Below are positions 1 to 7,550 of a stretch of 32,000 nt of DNA, piece after piece. The stretch covers positions 1 through 32,000 of the forward strand of contig SHMX01000012.1 in the NCBI GenBank assembly GCA_008080745.1, written 5' to 3'. The stretch is from Candidatus Thorarchaeota archaeon. Lineage in GTDB: Archaea; Asgardarchaeota; Thorarchaeia; Thorarchaeales; Thorarchaeaceae. Position 1 is the first letter of the stretch. Each line of letters begins with the position of its first letter. Below the pieces are notes generated by a model. The model saw nothing but the letters and a program-made list of their open reading frames with translations, did not search any database and had not been told where the DNA came from. The position numbers and the translations under genes are program-made.

Positions 1-15
1 AAAACATACATCCAT
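1..15 (-). CDS. Possible 5' end of a gene running off the window (MDVCF...)
   Basis: ATG at 15 preceded by AGGTGG SD-like sequence and open to the edge; only 5 codons visible. Confidence 0.25.
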
Positions 16-140
16 TACAGACTTCCACCTATTCAATGTCTAACTTTGTCCAGATATTTCGTATCAGTTTGCAACCCATGAATAAATATCGACGTTTGCT
101 TAAAGGCACCTAGCAAAAATTCATTGTCTGATGGTAAGTG

Positions 141-193
141 TTATAAGTCTACCAAAAAGAAGCGAACTAGCCTCAAGCCAGTCAAAATGAGGT
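141..193 (+). promoter_or_regulatory. Putative TATA box (TTATAA, 141-146) and SD (GAGGT, 189-193) of the rps13 operon
   Basis: Archaeal TATA-like hexamer upstream of the gene; SD-like motif 8 nt before ATG 202. Confidence 0.45.
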
Positions 194-201
194 AATCAAC
201 C

Positions 202-669
202 ATGTCCGAGCAAGAATACAAACACATTGTACGATTAGCAGGCCACGATATTGATGGTCAGATTAATTTACTCCAAGGTATAACAAACGTCCGTGGAGTG
301 GGCCTTCGAATGTCAAAGGCATTAATTAGAAAGCTTAACCTAGATCCAAGTATGCGGCTAGGATTTCTTGATGATGATAGTATCGCAGAGATAGAAAATA
401 TTCTCAAGAACCCCCTAGAATCGGGTATACCTGAATGGTATGTCAACCGCCCAAGAGACAGAATGACTGGCAAAATGGTTCACTTGATAGGTGCAGACCT
501 AGAATTTGCTCATCGCTCGGATATTGACCGACTAAAACGGATACGATCTTGGCGTGGAGTTAGACATGCTCTTGGTCTTAAAGTACGTGGACAGCACACC
601 AGAACAACTGGTCGTGGTGGCGTTGCTGTGGGTGTATCAAGAAAGAAACTTGCAAAGAGGTCTGAATAA
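202..669 (+). CDS. rps13: 30S ribosomal protein uS13
   Basis: IVRLAGHDIDG, GVGLR and SWRGVRHALGLKVRGQHTRTTGR motifs. Confidence 0.98.
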   Translation: MSEQEYKHIVRLAGHDIDGQINLLQGITNVRGVGLRMSKALIRKLNLDPSMRLGFLDDDSIAEIENILKNPLESGIPEWYVNRPRDRMTGKMVHLIGADLEFAHRSDIDRLKRIRSWRGVRHALGLKVRGQHTRTTGRGGVAVGVSRKKLAKRSE

Positions 670-1250
670 TGGGAGATCCACGTCGTCAGAAAAAGCGTTA
701 TGTCGCTCCAAAGAAACCCTTTGACAGTGAAAGATTTGAGCAAGAACTTGAGCTTGTTGGCGGGTATGGAATGAGAAATAAGAGAGAGCTCTGGAGGCAT
801 AGAACTGAGCTTTCACGAGTGCGAAGACAAGCAAGAAACCTTCTCGCAATTCCAGCTTCTGAAAGAGCACAGCTTGAGAGAGATTTAATCAGTAAACTCA
901 CACGAGAAGGTATTCTCTCAGATGAGCCCACTCTCGATAGTGTTCTTGACTTGACGCTTGAAGATGTGTTAGAGAGACGATTACAGACCCTTGTTCTAAG
1001 AAAGGGACTGGCATGTTCACCACACCACGCACGACAACTAGTCACTCATGGGCATATTGCTCTTAATGGTTCACGAATTACTACCCCCAGCAGAATCATT
1101 ACTCTCGCTGAGGAAGACAGAATTACTTATGCTGCTGGCTCACCTCTCAATGATGACACTCATCCTGCACGTATAGCAGCTTCAAGCGCAGCACAACGCG
1201 CTGGAGAAATGGGAGAGTCTGGAGAGGACGAAGATGAGAGGGAGGACTAA
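669..1250 (+). CDS. rps4: 30S ribosomal protein uS4, with short acidic C-tail
   Basis: MGDPRRQKKRY, YGMRNKRELW, LERRLQTLV, ARQLVTHGHI; start overlaps the rps13 stop. Confidence 0.98.
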   Translation: MGDPRRQKKRYVAPKKPFDSERFEQELELVGGYGMRNKRELWRHRTELSRVRRQARNLLAIPASERAQLERDLISKLTREGILSDEPTLDSVLDLTLEDVLERRLQTLVLRKGLACSPHHARQLVTHGHIALNGSRITTPSRIITLAEEDRITYAAGSPLNDDTHPARIAASSAAQRAGEMGESGEDEDERED

Positions 1251-1253
1251 AAC

Positions 1254-1655
1254 ATGAGCAAGAAAGAAGAACGCGATAAATGGGCAATTGCTCATATTTA
1301 CGCATCATATAATGATAGTATCATTCATATCACAGACATCACTGGTGCTGAAACTATTGCAAGATATAGCGGTGGAATGATGGTTAAAGCTGACAGGAAT
1401 GAGTCGTCACCACATGCTGCTATGCAGGCAGCATTCCAAGCCGCTCGTGAGGCAAAAGATAAAGGAGTATATGGGATTCACATCAGAGTCCGAGCTCCTG
1501 GCGGACACGGTCCTAAGACACCAGGTCCTGGAGCTCAAGCTGCTATTCGAGCACTGAGCAGAGCTGGACTACGAATTGGAATCATTGACGAAGTAACTCC
1601 AATTCCACATGACGGTACAAGAAAACCCGGCGGTCGCCGTGGTCGAAGAGTATGA
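1254..1655 (+). CDS. rps11: 30S ribosomal protein uS11
   Basis: [48 protein letters not shown]. Confidence 0.98.
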   Translation: MSKKEERDKWAIAHIYASYNDSIIHITDITGAETIARYSGGMMVKADRNESSPHAAMQAAFQAAREAKDKGVYGIHIRVRAPGGHGPKTPGPGAQAAIRALSRAGLRIGIIDEVTPIPHDGTRKPGGRRGRRV

Positions 1656-1686
1656 TTCGATAATCGAATCTACTCCATTTCTGTTT

Positions 1687-3018
1687 TTATTCTGAATGCC
1701 ATCTAGGTATGAGAGATATACTTCTTCCATCATTGTATCTGCCTATTCGTGCTATGGGACGTGTCAGATGACGGTGAGCTCGTAGCGGAGGAAGATAGAG
1801 TCCAGTCGACACTGTTCTGAGTTCAATAGATTCAATCTTTCTCATGTTTGTGGATCTGTATCCACATTTTTCACACTTGAATCCCTTATTTCTTCCCGCA
1901 CTTTTCAAGCGTTTTCCACAATCAGGACAAATAGGATTGAAATACGAAATGTTTTCTGCAAGATGAAGAACTTCTAGTCCTTCGACGTTTAGAGTCATTC
2001 CGTGAGTACGTGAGGCGGGCTTTACTCCTGTATGAAGCAACACTTTGTCACCAGGAATCAAGCTGCGAACGATATTGCGAAAATCACCCGTTGGCTCATA
2101 GGCTGCACATTCAATGGATCCAGTGCTATCACGGATGGTGAAAATGACATGACCGCCTTCGATGATTCTGGGGGACTCTATAACCTGGCCCTCCACTACA
2201 GCAGCCATATATGGACGAAGTTCTGCAATCATAACCTTATGCTGAAGATGTTCACCCGTACCTTGATTACTACGAAATATACACCATCTTTGGATCTGCT
2301 GGCCAGCATATACAAATCCACATGCAATTCGGAGTGAAACGGGATATTCACCTCTTATTCCAAACAAAACCGGATCGGGGCCATGAGGTTCAATAAGAAT
2401 CTGTCCTGTTTGAGGATCTACATTTGAGAAGGTATGTCTTGGGAATTTTGAGTCCATGTCATAGACAGACTCAGGATCAACATCTCTATCAAGATAGCAT
2501 TCGTTCGGATTTCTATAAGTAATCAATTCGTAAGTATGGTCGCCCACAAGAGTATTCCCAACCGCAGCAAGTGCTCCAATTATGCCCCGTCCAGTTCCAG
2601 TCCGAAGATGGTTCCAATCATATTTTTGCAAAATTCGTTCTGCGTAGTCAACAGGTACAGCACGCCATATCGCAGTCTGTGAGAAGTTTAGTAAGATCTC
2701 CGGAATCTCGTTGGGAACAATAACAATCCCTGGATTTGTATTGTGATGATTCTTTTGAACATATGATGAAACAGCTTTGTTCAAGACAGCTAATATTTCC
2801 GTAGAGCTACATTCTGTTGATATCCTTAGAGCAACTGCACCATTACCCCGCGTTCTAAAGGGAATGTTGGGGTTCAACCGAATCAGATTTGGATAATCAC
2901 ACCATTCCACACCAAGATTTTCAAGTTTGTTGACCATAAGACTCACAAAATGAGTTGTACAGCCACCTTGGGGGCTATCAATATCATCCATCCCAATATG
3001 AAGAACCTGAGAATCCAC
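1687..3018 (-). CDS. tiaS: tRNA(Ile2) agmatinylcytidine synthetase TiaS
   Basis: IGMDDIDS..GGCTT, LIRLNPNIPFRTRGNGA, OB-fold YEPTG, C-terminal CPDC/CEKC zinc ribbon, HLTRP. Likely start is GTG 3018, overlapping the upstream TAG (track start 3036). Confidence 0.95.
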   Translation of the reverse strand: MDSQVLHIGMDDIDSPQGGCTTHFVSLMVNKLENLGVEWCDYPNLIRLNPNIPFRTRGNGAVALRISTECSSTEILAVLNKAVSSYVQKNHHNTNPGIVIVPNEIPEILLNFSQTAIWRAVPVDYAERILQKYDWNHLRTGTGRGIIGALAAVGNTLVGDHTYELITYRNPNECYLDRDVDPESVYDMDSKFPRHTFSNVDPQTGQILIEPHGPDPVLFGIRGEYPVSLRIACGFVYAGQQIQRWCIFRSNQGTGEHLQHKVMIAELRPYMAAVVEGQVIESPRIIEGGHVIFTIRDSTGSIECAAYEPTGDFRNIVRSLIPGDKVLLHTGVKPASRTHGMTLNVEGLEVLHLAENISYFNPICPDCGKRLKSAGRNKGFKCEKCGYRSTNMRKIESIELRTVSTGLYLPPLRAHRHLTRPIARIGRYNDGRSISLIPRWHSE

Positions 3019-3287
3019 TATGAATCCCTCACACATCTATCGCATATAGTAGCCTCATGGATTTTTTCACCATGATCTTCACACACAAGATTCCCACATC
3101 TGTTGCAGGCACGAGATGCCAAGTACTCTTTACAGATGTAACACAGAGTTTCAGAGCAAACAAGACACAAATCAGATTCAACAATACAATCACGGCATAC
3201 AGAGGCATCACAGATCCTACATTCCTTCAATGAGCTAACTGATGAGCATATCTCACATTTGGACTCTGAATGGTATGATATTGTCAT
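3018..3287 (-). CDS. Small Cys-rich protein with two tandem zinc-finger units (B-box/AN1-like)
   Basis: Eight CxxC/CxxH pairs in about 89 aa; stop overlaps the tiaS start; ATG 3287 preferred over TTG 3296. Confidence 0.8.
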   Translation of the reverse strand: MTISYHSESKCEICSSVSSLKECRICDASVCRDCIVESDLCLVCSETLCYICKEYLASRACNRCGNLVCEDHGEKIHEATICDRCVRDS

Positions 3288-3351
3288 AATACACAAAAAT
3301 GCTTCATGGGAAGCCTGAAATCTGTTACGACCTGTCGGTTATTGAGAGAAA

Positions 3352-3888
3352 ATGAGAAAACAGGTCGACTCCAAGATATTCGTGTATCACGCATCCCAAT
3401 GTGACCCGAAAAAATGTACTGGATTGCGACTTGGAAAATGGAATTTCGCTACGATTATCAAAGATATGCGTAGAATTCCTCGAGCATCTGTTGTGTTAAA
3501 TCCTGTATCAAGAAAAGCGTTTTCACAACAAGATAGAGAGGAAATCGAAAGACAAGGGATTGTTGCGTTAGATTGTTCATGGAAGCAAGCTGAAGATATT
3601 TTTCGAGCTTCTACATATGGAACACAAAGAGCGTTACCGTACCTATTGGCTGCAAATCCAATCAATACATACAAACCTATCAAATTATCCACAGCTGAAG
3701 CCATAGCAGCTGCTCTTTGGATTGCAGGATTTGAAAGAGATGCTAGAGAGATTATGTCCATATTCAAATGGGGTTCTGCGTTCATTACACTGAATCAAGA
3801 ACTGCTAGAAGCCTATGCAGCATGCAAAAATAGTACAGAAGTTGTAAAGGTACAATCAGAAATAATGGAGAACCAATCACATGGTTGA
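3352..3888 (+). CDS. tsr3: SSU rRNA aminocarboxypropyltransferase Tsr3 (DUF367)
   Basis: HASQCDPKKCTG, LDCSW, RALPYLLAANPINTY, LSTAEA, FKWG. Confidence 0.96.
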   Translation: MRKQVDSKIFVYHASQCDPKKCTGLRLGKWNFATIIKDMRRIPRASVVLNPVSRKAFSQQDREEIERQGIVALDCSWKQAEDIFRASTYGTQRALPYLLAANPINTYKPIKLSTAEAIAAALWIAGFERDAREIMSIFKWGSAFITLNQELLEAYAACKNSTEVVKVQSEIMENQSHG

Positions 3889-3909
3889 ATTCTATGATTG
3901 AAATTCTGA

Positions 3910-4257
3910 TTAAAATGAGATAGATGAATCAGAGGAAGTTACCATTTCTACAAACATTGGCATGGATCCAATCTCAGCATCTGGATGAATCATAGTTGCA
4001 TCAATACCCCGAGATTTCACACAAGTCCCACAATAAACAACTCGAGCACCACCAGAAATAACGGATTCTAGAAGTTCATAAAGATTGGGCATATTATTGG
4101 GTGATTGTCTACTCAAAGCACAGAATACACCACTTTGAACAAGAAAGACATCAACTGAATGACCATTTTCCAATGCACTTTTTATAAATTTCAATCCCGT
4201 ATAAGCAGATTCGTCGGAATATGGCTCGGATTTTATTACTACGGTAATTTTCACCAA
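3910..4257 (-). CDS. DsrE/TusD-like family protein
   Basis: SEPY, VFLVQSGV and YCGTCVKSRG pattern; 115 aa; TTG 4257 or GTG 4254 start. Confidence 0.88.
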   Translation of the reverse strand: MVKITVVIKSEPYSDESAYTGLKFIKSALENGHSVDVFLVQSGVFCALSRQSPNNMPNLYELLESVISGGARVVYCGTCVKSRGIDATMIHPDAEIGSMPMFVEMVTSSDSSISF

Positions 4258-4338
4258 TTACTTTTCACCCAATATCATAATTATTGAATTGGTGGCAATA
4301 TTCACTATATTTAGGATTTATGAAATCGCACTTTGATC

Positions 4339-4357
4339 TAGTCACAAATTGTGACTA
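4339..4357. promoter_or_regulatory. Perfect inverted repeat TAGTCACA-AAT-TGTGACTA, candidate operator
   Basis: 8-bp arms with a 3-nt spacer, in the divergent intergenic region. Confidence 0.55.
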
Positions 4358-4387
4358 CATTGTGTGTCCTATAATCGTGGCTTTCCA

Positions 4388-4394
4388 TTATATA
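4388..4394 (+). promoter_or_regulatory. TATA box (TTATATA) for the small-ORF array
   Basis: About 33-39 nt upstream of ATG 4427. Confidence 0.55.
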
Positions 4395-4426
4395 CTAACT
4401 TGGAGTAGTATATGTTGTGAACAATC

Positions 4427-4531
4427 ATGGCGTTTGCAAAGAACTCCCACACCCGAACCGAGAAGAAGAACATCACCCGTAAGCCCCAGAGCACCAAGGC
4501 TCTGTCCTATGCTTACACCTATCGGAGGTAA
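4427..4531 (+). CDS. Small basic peptide A, 34 aa (MAFAKNSHTRTEKKNITRKPQSTKALSYAYTYRR)
   Basis: ATG..TAA below the track cutoff; TATA upstream; C/G-ending codon bias; paralogous to peptide B. Confidence 0.65.
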   Translation: MAFAKNSHTRTEKKNITRKPQSTKALSYAYTYRR

Positions 4532-4536
4532 TCTCA

Positions 4537-4620
4537 ATGGCAGTATCCAAGACCAAGATCATCAAGGACACCAAGTCCCCCTCAACCAAGGCTATCACCC
4601 ATGCTTACTTCAGGAGATAG
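4537..4620 (+). CDS. Small basic peptide B, 27 aa (MAVSKTKIIKDTKSPSTKAITHAYFRR)
   Basis: GGAGGT SD overlapping the end of peptide A; shared STKA-x-x-[YH]AY-..RR-stop motif. Confidence 0.65.
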   Translation: MAVSKTKIIKDTKSPSTKAITHAYFRR

Positions 4621-4625
4621 TCCAC

Positions 4626-4730
4626 ATGAACTCAAGCGTTCAAGATAAGCAATCGACTCCAAAACACCAAGACTCTAGCAAGAGTGGTGAACTCACGCCC
4701 CATGAAGTGCTCGCGTTGGAAGCAACCTGA
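4626..4730 (+). CDS. Possible third small ORF (MNSSVQDKQSTPKHQDSSKSGELTPHEVLALEAT) or frameshifted third repeat unit
   Basis: GGAG SD-like sequence before ATG 4626; ACCAAG-CT core present but in a different frame. Confidence 0.3.
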   Translation: MNSSVQDKQSTPKHQDSSKSGELTPHEVLALEAT

Positions 4731-4749
4731 GCACTCATTTTTCTTTTTA
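4702..4749 (+). terminator. Hairpin (AGTGCTC/GAGCACT, inner GTTG/CAAC) followed by a T-tract
   Basis: Stem 4706-4712/4729-4735 and TTTTTCTTTTT immediately after. Confidence 0.6.
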
Positions 4750-4763
4750 TGAAACAAAAAAAT

Positions 4764-5107
4764 GGCTCTGGTCCGAAGAGTAGCCCCGATTTTGTTCCGA
4801 ATTCAAGGTTACCCGATGAATTCCTTGCAACATCAAACTAAGCTTCCTACCCTAGGTTTCACGTCGACAGATCATCAACCTATTCTTGGAATTGCTACCT
4901 AGTGATGGACCGTTTCATCGAATCCGAATAGGTCCTCAACAGGTGGTCCTGTATCATAGTCATATCCTATCCGGGCGTGTCGTTTCTGTTTCCAGAGCAT
5001 GGTTCTCACCATTCAGCTCGCGCTGAACTAGCATCGACAAGTAGTCGGGATCTTCCTCAGCCTCTACGAGAAGTAGATACCGTCGGTTGCGCTTTCGCTC
5101 CAGAGCC
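4764..5107 (-). ncRNA. rnpB: Ribonuclease P RNA, about 344 nt
   Basis: Terminal P1 helix GGCUCUGG/CCAGAGCC; conserved regions GAGGAAGAUCCCG, GAAACAGAAAC, UGAAACGG and ACAAAAUCGGGGCUAC in the right order; T-tract after the 3' end. Confidence 0.93.
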
Positions 5108-5153
5108 AGTATGAATTTGAATCATTTGTATAAAGGATTTCTGTAAAAGGAAA

Positions 5154-6158
5154 TCAATCAGAGCGAGACTTCCAAAGTTGGGGGTATCTATCTCGCTCCA
5201 TAAGTACTCTCTGTATATCAGCAACAATACCTGTATTTGCCTTTGCAATTCTATCCGAGATATCTTTGCTGACCCCTATGGCAATTGCCTCACCTTTGAG
5301 GGTCTTGAGCGCAACGAGGTCGCCCTTATTAATGCCAGAACTAAGATTGAGAACACCGTTGGCAGCTAAAGGTGCGCCATGACAAATGGCTGCAACCGCG
5401 CTATCACGAACTACGATTTCAGGAAGATGTCCAATAGCAAATTCCATGGGTAGTAGATATTTTCGTAACTCAGTGTCGTCCTTGTCCTCAATCCAGAAAT
5501 GATATGCGTCTTTCAAATCATATAGGGAACACATGTGTATATTTTCCTTAAAGTTCCCTACCCGAGTCCTACGAAGCTCGCGCATATGCGCTCCAACACC
5601 CAAAGCCTCTCCAATATCAAAACAGAGTTTTCGGATGTAGGTGCCAGCTTGACATCCCACCTTAAAAAGGACCTGTCTGCCTTTCATTTCGATGATTTCG
5701 TTATAATAAATTTCTCTCACTCGTAGAATTCTACGAACAGCAGATCTGAGTGGCGGCTTTTGGTATAGTTTACCAGTAAACTCTTGAACAATGTCCCGGA
5801 TATCATCTTCAGGTGCTCTTCGGTGTAATTCCATGATGCAAACATATTCCTTTCCTGCAGGAAGTAATGCCTGCATAGCCTTGGTCGCATTATTAACACC
5901 TAATGGAAGAATACCAGTAACGCCTGGGTCCAAAGTTCCCCCATGGCCTACTCGCTCAGAGTCAAAAATCCTTCTTACCCATGTGGCAACTTCATGGCTT
6001 GTCGGTCCTGCGGGTTTGTCTAAAGCAATTACACCATTTTCTAAGAGAAAATCAATAGGAAGCTCTGTAAGGGAGGAGAAACCATAATCTGGATCTGTTG
6101 TATCCACAGCCCGGATTATAGTCTCACGGGGCTGATCAGCAGGTAGAATTCCTGGCAT
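5154..6158 (-). CDS. cbf5: H/ACA RNA-guided pseudouridine synthase Cbf5 (TruB family)
   Basis: LDKPAGPTSHEV, GHGGTLDP (catalytic Asp), GTYIR, ELRRTR, C-terminal PUA domain. Confidence 0.97.
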   Translation of the reverse strand: MPGILPADQPRETIIRAVDTTDPDYGFSSLTELPIDFLLENGVIALDKPAGPTSHEVATWVRRIFDSERVGHGGTLDPGVTGILPLGVNNATKAMQALLPAGKEYVCIMELHRRAPEDDIRDIVQEFTGKLYQKPPLRSAVRRILRVREIYYNEIIEMKGRQVLFKVGCQAGTYIRKLCFDIGEALGVGAHMRELRRTRVGNFKENIHMCSLYDLKDAYHFWIEDKDDTELRKYLLPMEFAIGHLPEIVVRDSAVAAICHGAPLAANGVLNLSSGINKGDLVALKTLKGEAIAIGVSKDISDRIAKANTGIVADIQRVLMERDRYPQLWKSRSD

Positions 6159-6181
6159 GATTTCGGCCCTCTAAAATCCCT

Positions 6182-6469
6182 TTATTCAGGAATGCGAATC
6201 TTGGTACGAACTTGCTCTAGAAGCCCAGCTTCATCCAAGGCTTTCTGAACATCTTCATCACTGGCATCTTCTTTAATCGAAATTACAGTCTTAAGTGGTT
6301 CAAGATGTCGAATATTGCACTTTCGTCGACGAACACTTGTGATGTTTTTGGGACCTGTAACCTTGACAAAACTATCATTGTCCTCAAATACATCAATAAT
6401 AACACAATAACTTCCCGCTTCACGTCCCATAGTCTTTACACAGACTCTTCCGATTTCGTACAGTTTCAT
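6182..6469 (-). CDS. rpl14e: 50S ribosomal protein eL14
   Basis: EIGRVCVKTMGREAG, RRRKCNIRHLEP. Confidence 0.97.
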   Translation of the reverse strand: MKLYEIGRVCVKTMGREAGSYCVIIDVFEDNDSFVKVTGPKNITSVRRRKCNIRHLEPLKTVISIKEDASDEDVQKALDEAGLLEQVRTKIRIPE

Positions 6470-6580
6470 AGTTTACACCTCAACGTTTCATTGGTCCACT
6501 CTCGAGTCACCTCGATAGTATCATCCTTTAGATGTGAGATAAATCAGTAGAGCAAAAATAGTCCATATCAGGCTTGCGCT

Positions 6581-7126
6581 TTAACCAATATTTCGCGAAA
6601 AGACGATTTCAATAGCATGTTGAACCAGGGAAATGACCTCTTCAAGGGTATATTTCTCAGTGTTGATGATTAGGTCATAGATGCTGAGGTCTGTAACATC
6701 AATATTGTAGTATTGCATGTATCGTTCCTGTTCACTCTGTTCTCTAGCTCTTGTTTCTTGAAGAGCAAAGTTGTAATCGGTATTATCTCGATCTGCAATT
6801 CGTTGAACACGTACCTTTAGAGGTGCTGTAAGAAAGATATGCAAATCCGCATTCTCTCCAGCCATCCAAGCTGCTAATTGGCCATCCAAGATTGCGTTTC
6901 CTTTTTGGGACTCTGACCGCAATGTATCATCCAGAAGTCTATCAATGGCCTCGTTTCCCTCAGCGAATTGGCTGAATTCCTCCAGACTCATATTACGTTC
7001 TTCAGCCATCTGCCGGAAAATTTGTCCTGCAGATACTCGTCTAAGACCAAAAATCTCTGCAATACCATCTGCAACTGAACTCTTCCCAGTGCCGTGCAGT
7101 CCACTCAGGGTGATGACCCTTTTCAT
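6581..7126 (-). CDS. cmk: Cytidylate kinase, archaeal type
   Basis: ITLSGLHGTGKSS P-loop, SAGQIFR, YDLIINT; start taken as ATG 7126, just after the rpl34e stop. Confidence 0.93.
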   Translation of the reverse strand: MKRVITLSGLHGTGKSSVADGIAEIFGLRRVSAGQIFRQMAEERNMSLEEFSQFAEGNEAIDRLLDDTLRSESQKGNAILDGQLAAWMAGENADLHIFLTAPLKVRVQRIADRDNTDYNFALQETRAREQSEQERYMQYYNIDVTDLSIYDLIINTEKYTLEEVISLVQHAIEIVFSRNIG

Positions 7127-7127
7127 C

Positions 7128-7397
7128 CTACAACTCTCTAGTAGCTCGCAATATTCCTCTTCGAACTGCCTCAGACGAGAGTTTGCCCCCATATGGTCTA
7201 TTGGGACGCTTTGAGGATAGACTTGCCTTCTTTCGCAGGCCATGCTTTGCTTCTCTGGGAAGTTGTAACTTCTTTCCAGTCATCGAACAAGTTCCTTTTG
7301 GCGAGTAGAATTTTCGTCGATGGACCTTGTGTCTACCACCAGGAGTAATAATGGTACGTTTTGCTCGTGAATTTGTCAGCTCGCTGGGTCGTGGCAT
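7128..7397 (-). CDS. rpl34e: 50S ribosomal protein eL34
   Basis: TPGGR, KRPNRPYGG; conserved position between DUF106 and cmk. Confidence 0.9.
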   Translation of the reverse strand: MPRPSELTNSRAKRTIITPGGRHKVHRRKFYSPKGTCSMTGKKLQLPREAKHGLRKKASLSSKRPNRPYGGKLSSEAVRRGILRATREL

Positions 7398-7550
7398 TAG
7401 TCTTCACCTAATTATCAATAAATGACTCTTCGTGGCAACAAAGTTTTGCCCTTAAAAGCAAAGCGGTGTGCCTAGGTTGGTACATCACAATCACATTTTA
7501 GTTTTCTCAAATATATTCACACACGCCCAAATAACGGGAGATTTCACACT

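Noticed and set aside
4284-4730. 148-aa ORF from the track
   Set aside because: TTG start inside the promoter region; no recognisable family; overlaps two better-supported small ORFs in other frames
4702-4738. ATGA-led hairpin as a SECIS element
   Set aside because: ATG pairs with CAT rather than forming tandem G-A pairs; no credible in-frame UGA selenoprotein upstream; the T-tract fits a terminator
5057-5248. 63-aa ORF
   Set aside because: Overlaps the cbf5 3' end and the RNase P RNA 5' end; shadow frame
6490-6535. Possible K-turn (GAUGAUAC..GGUGAC) upstream of rpl14e-cbf5
   Set aside because: Flanking stems have only 2-3 pairs; too weak to support
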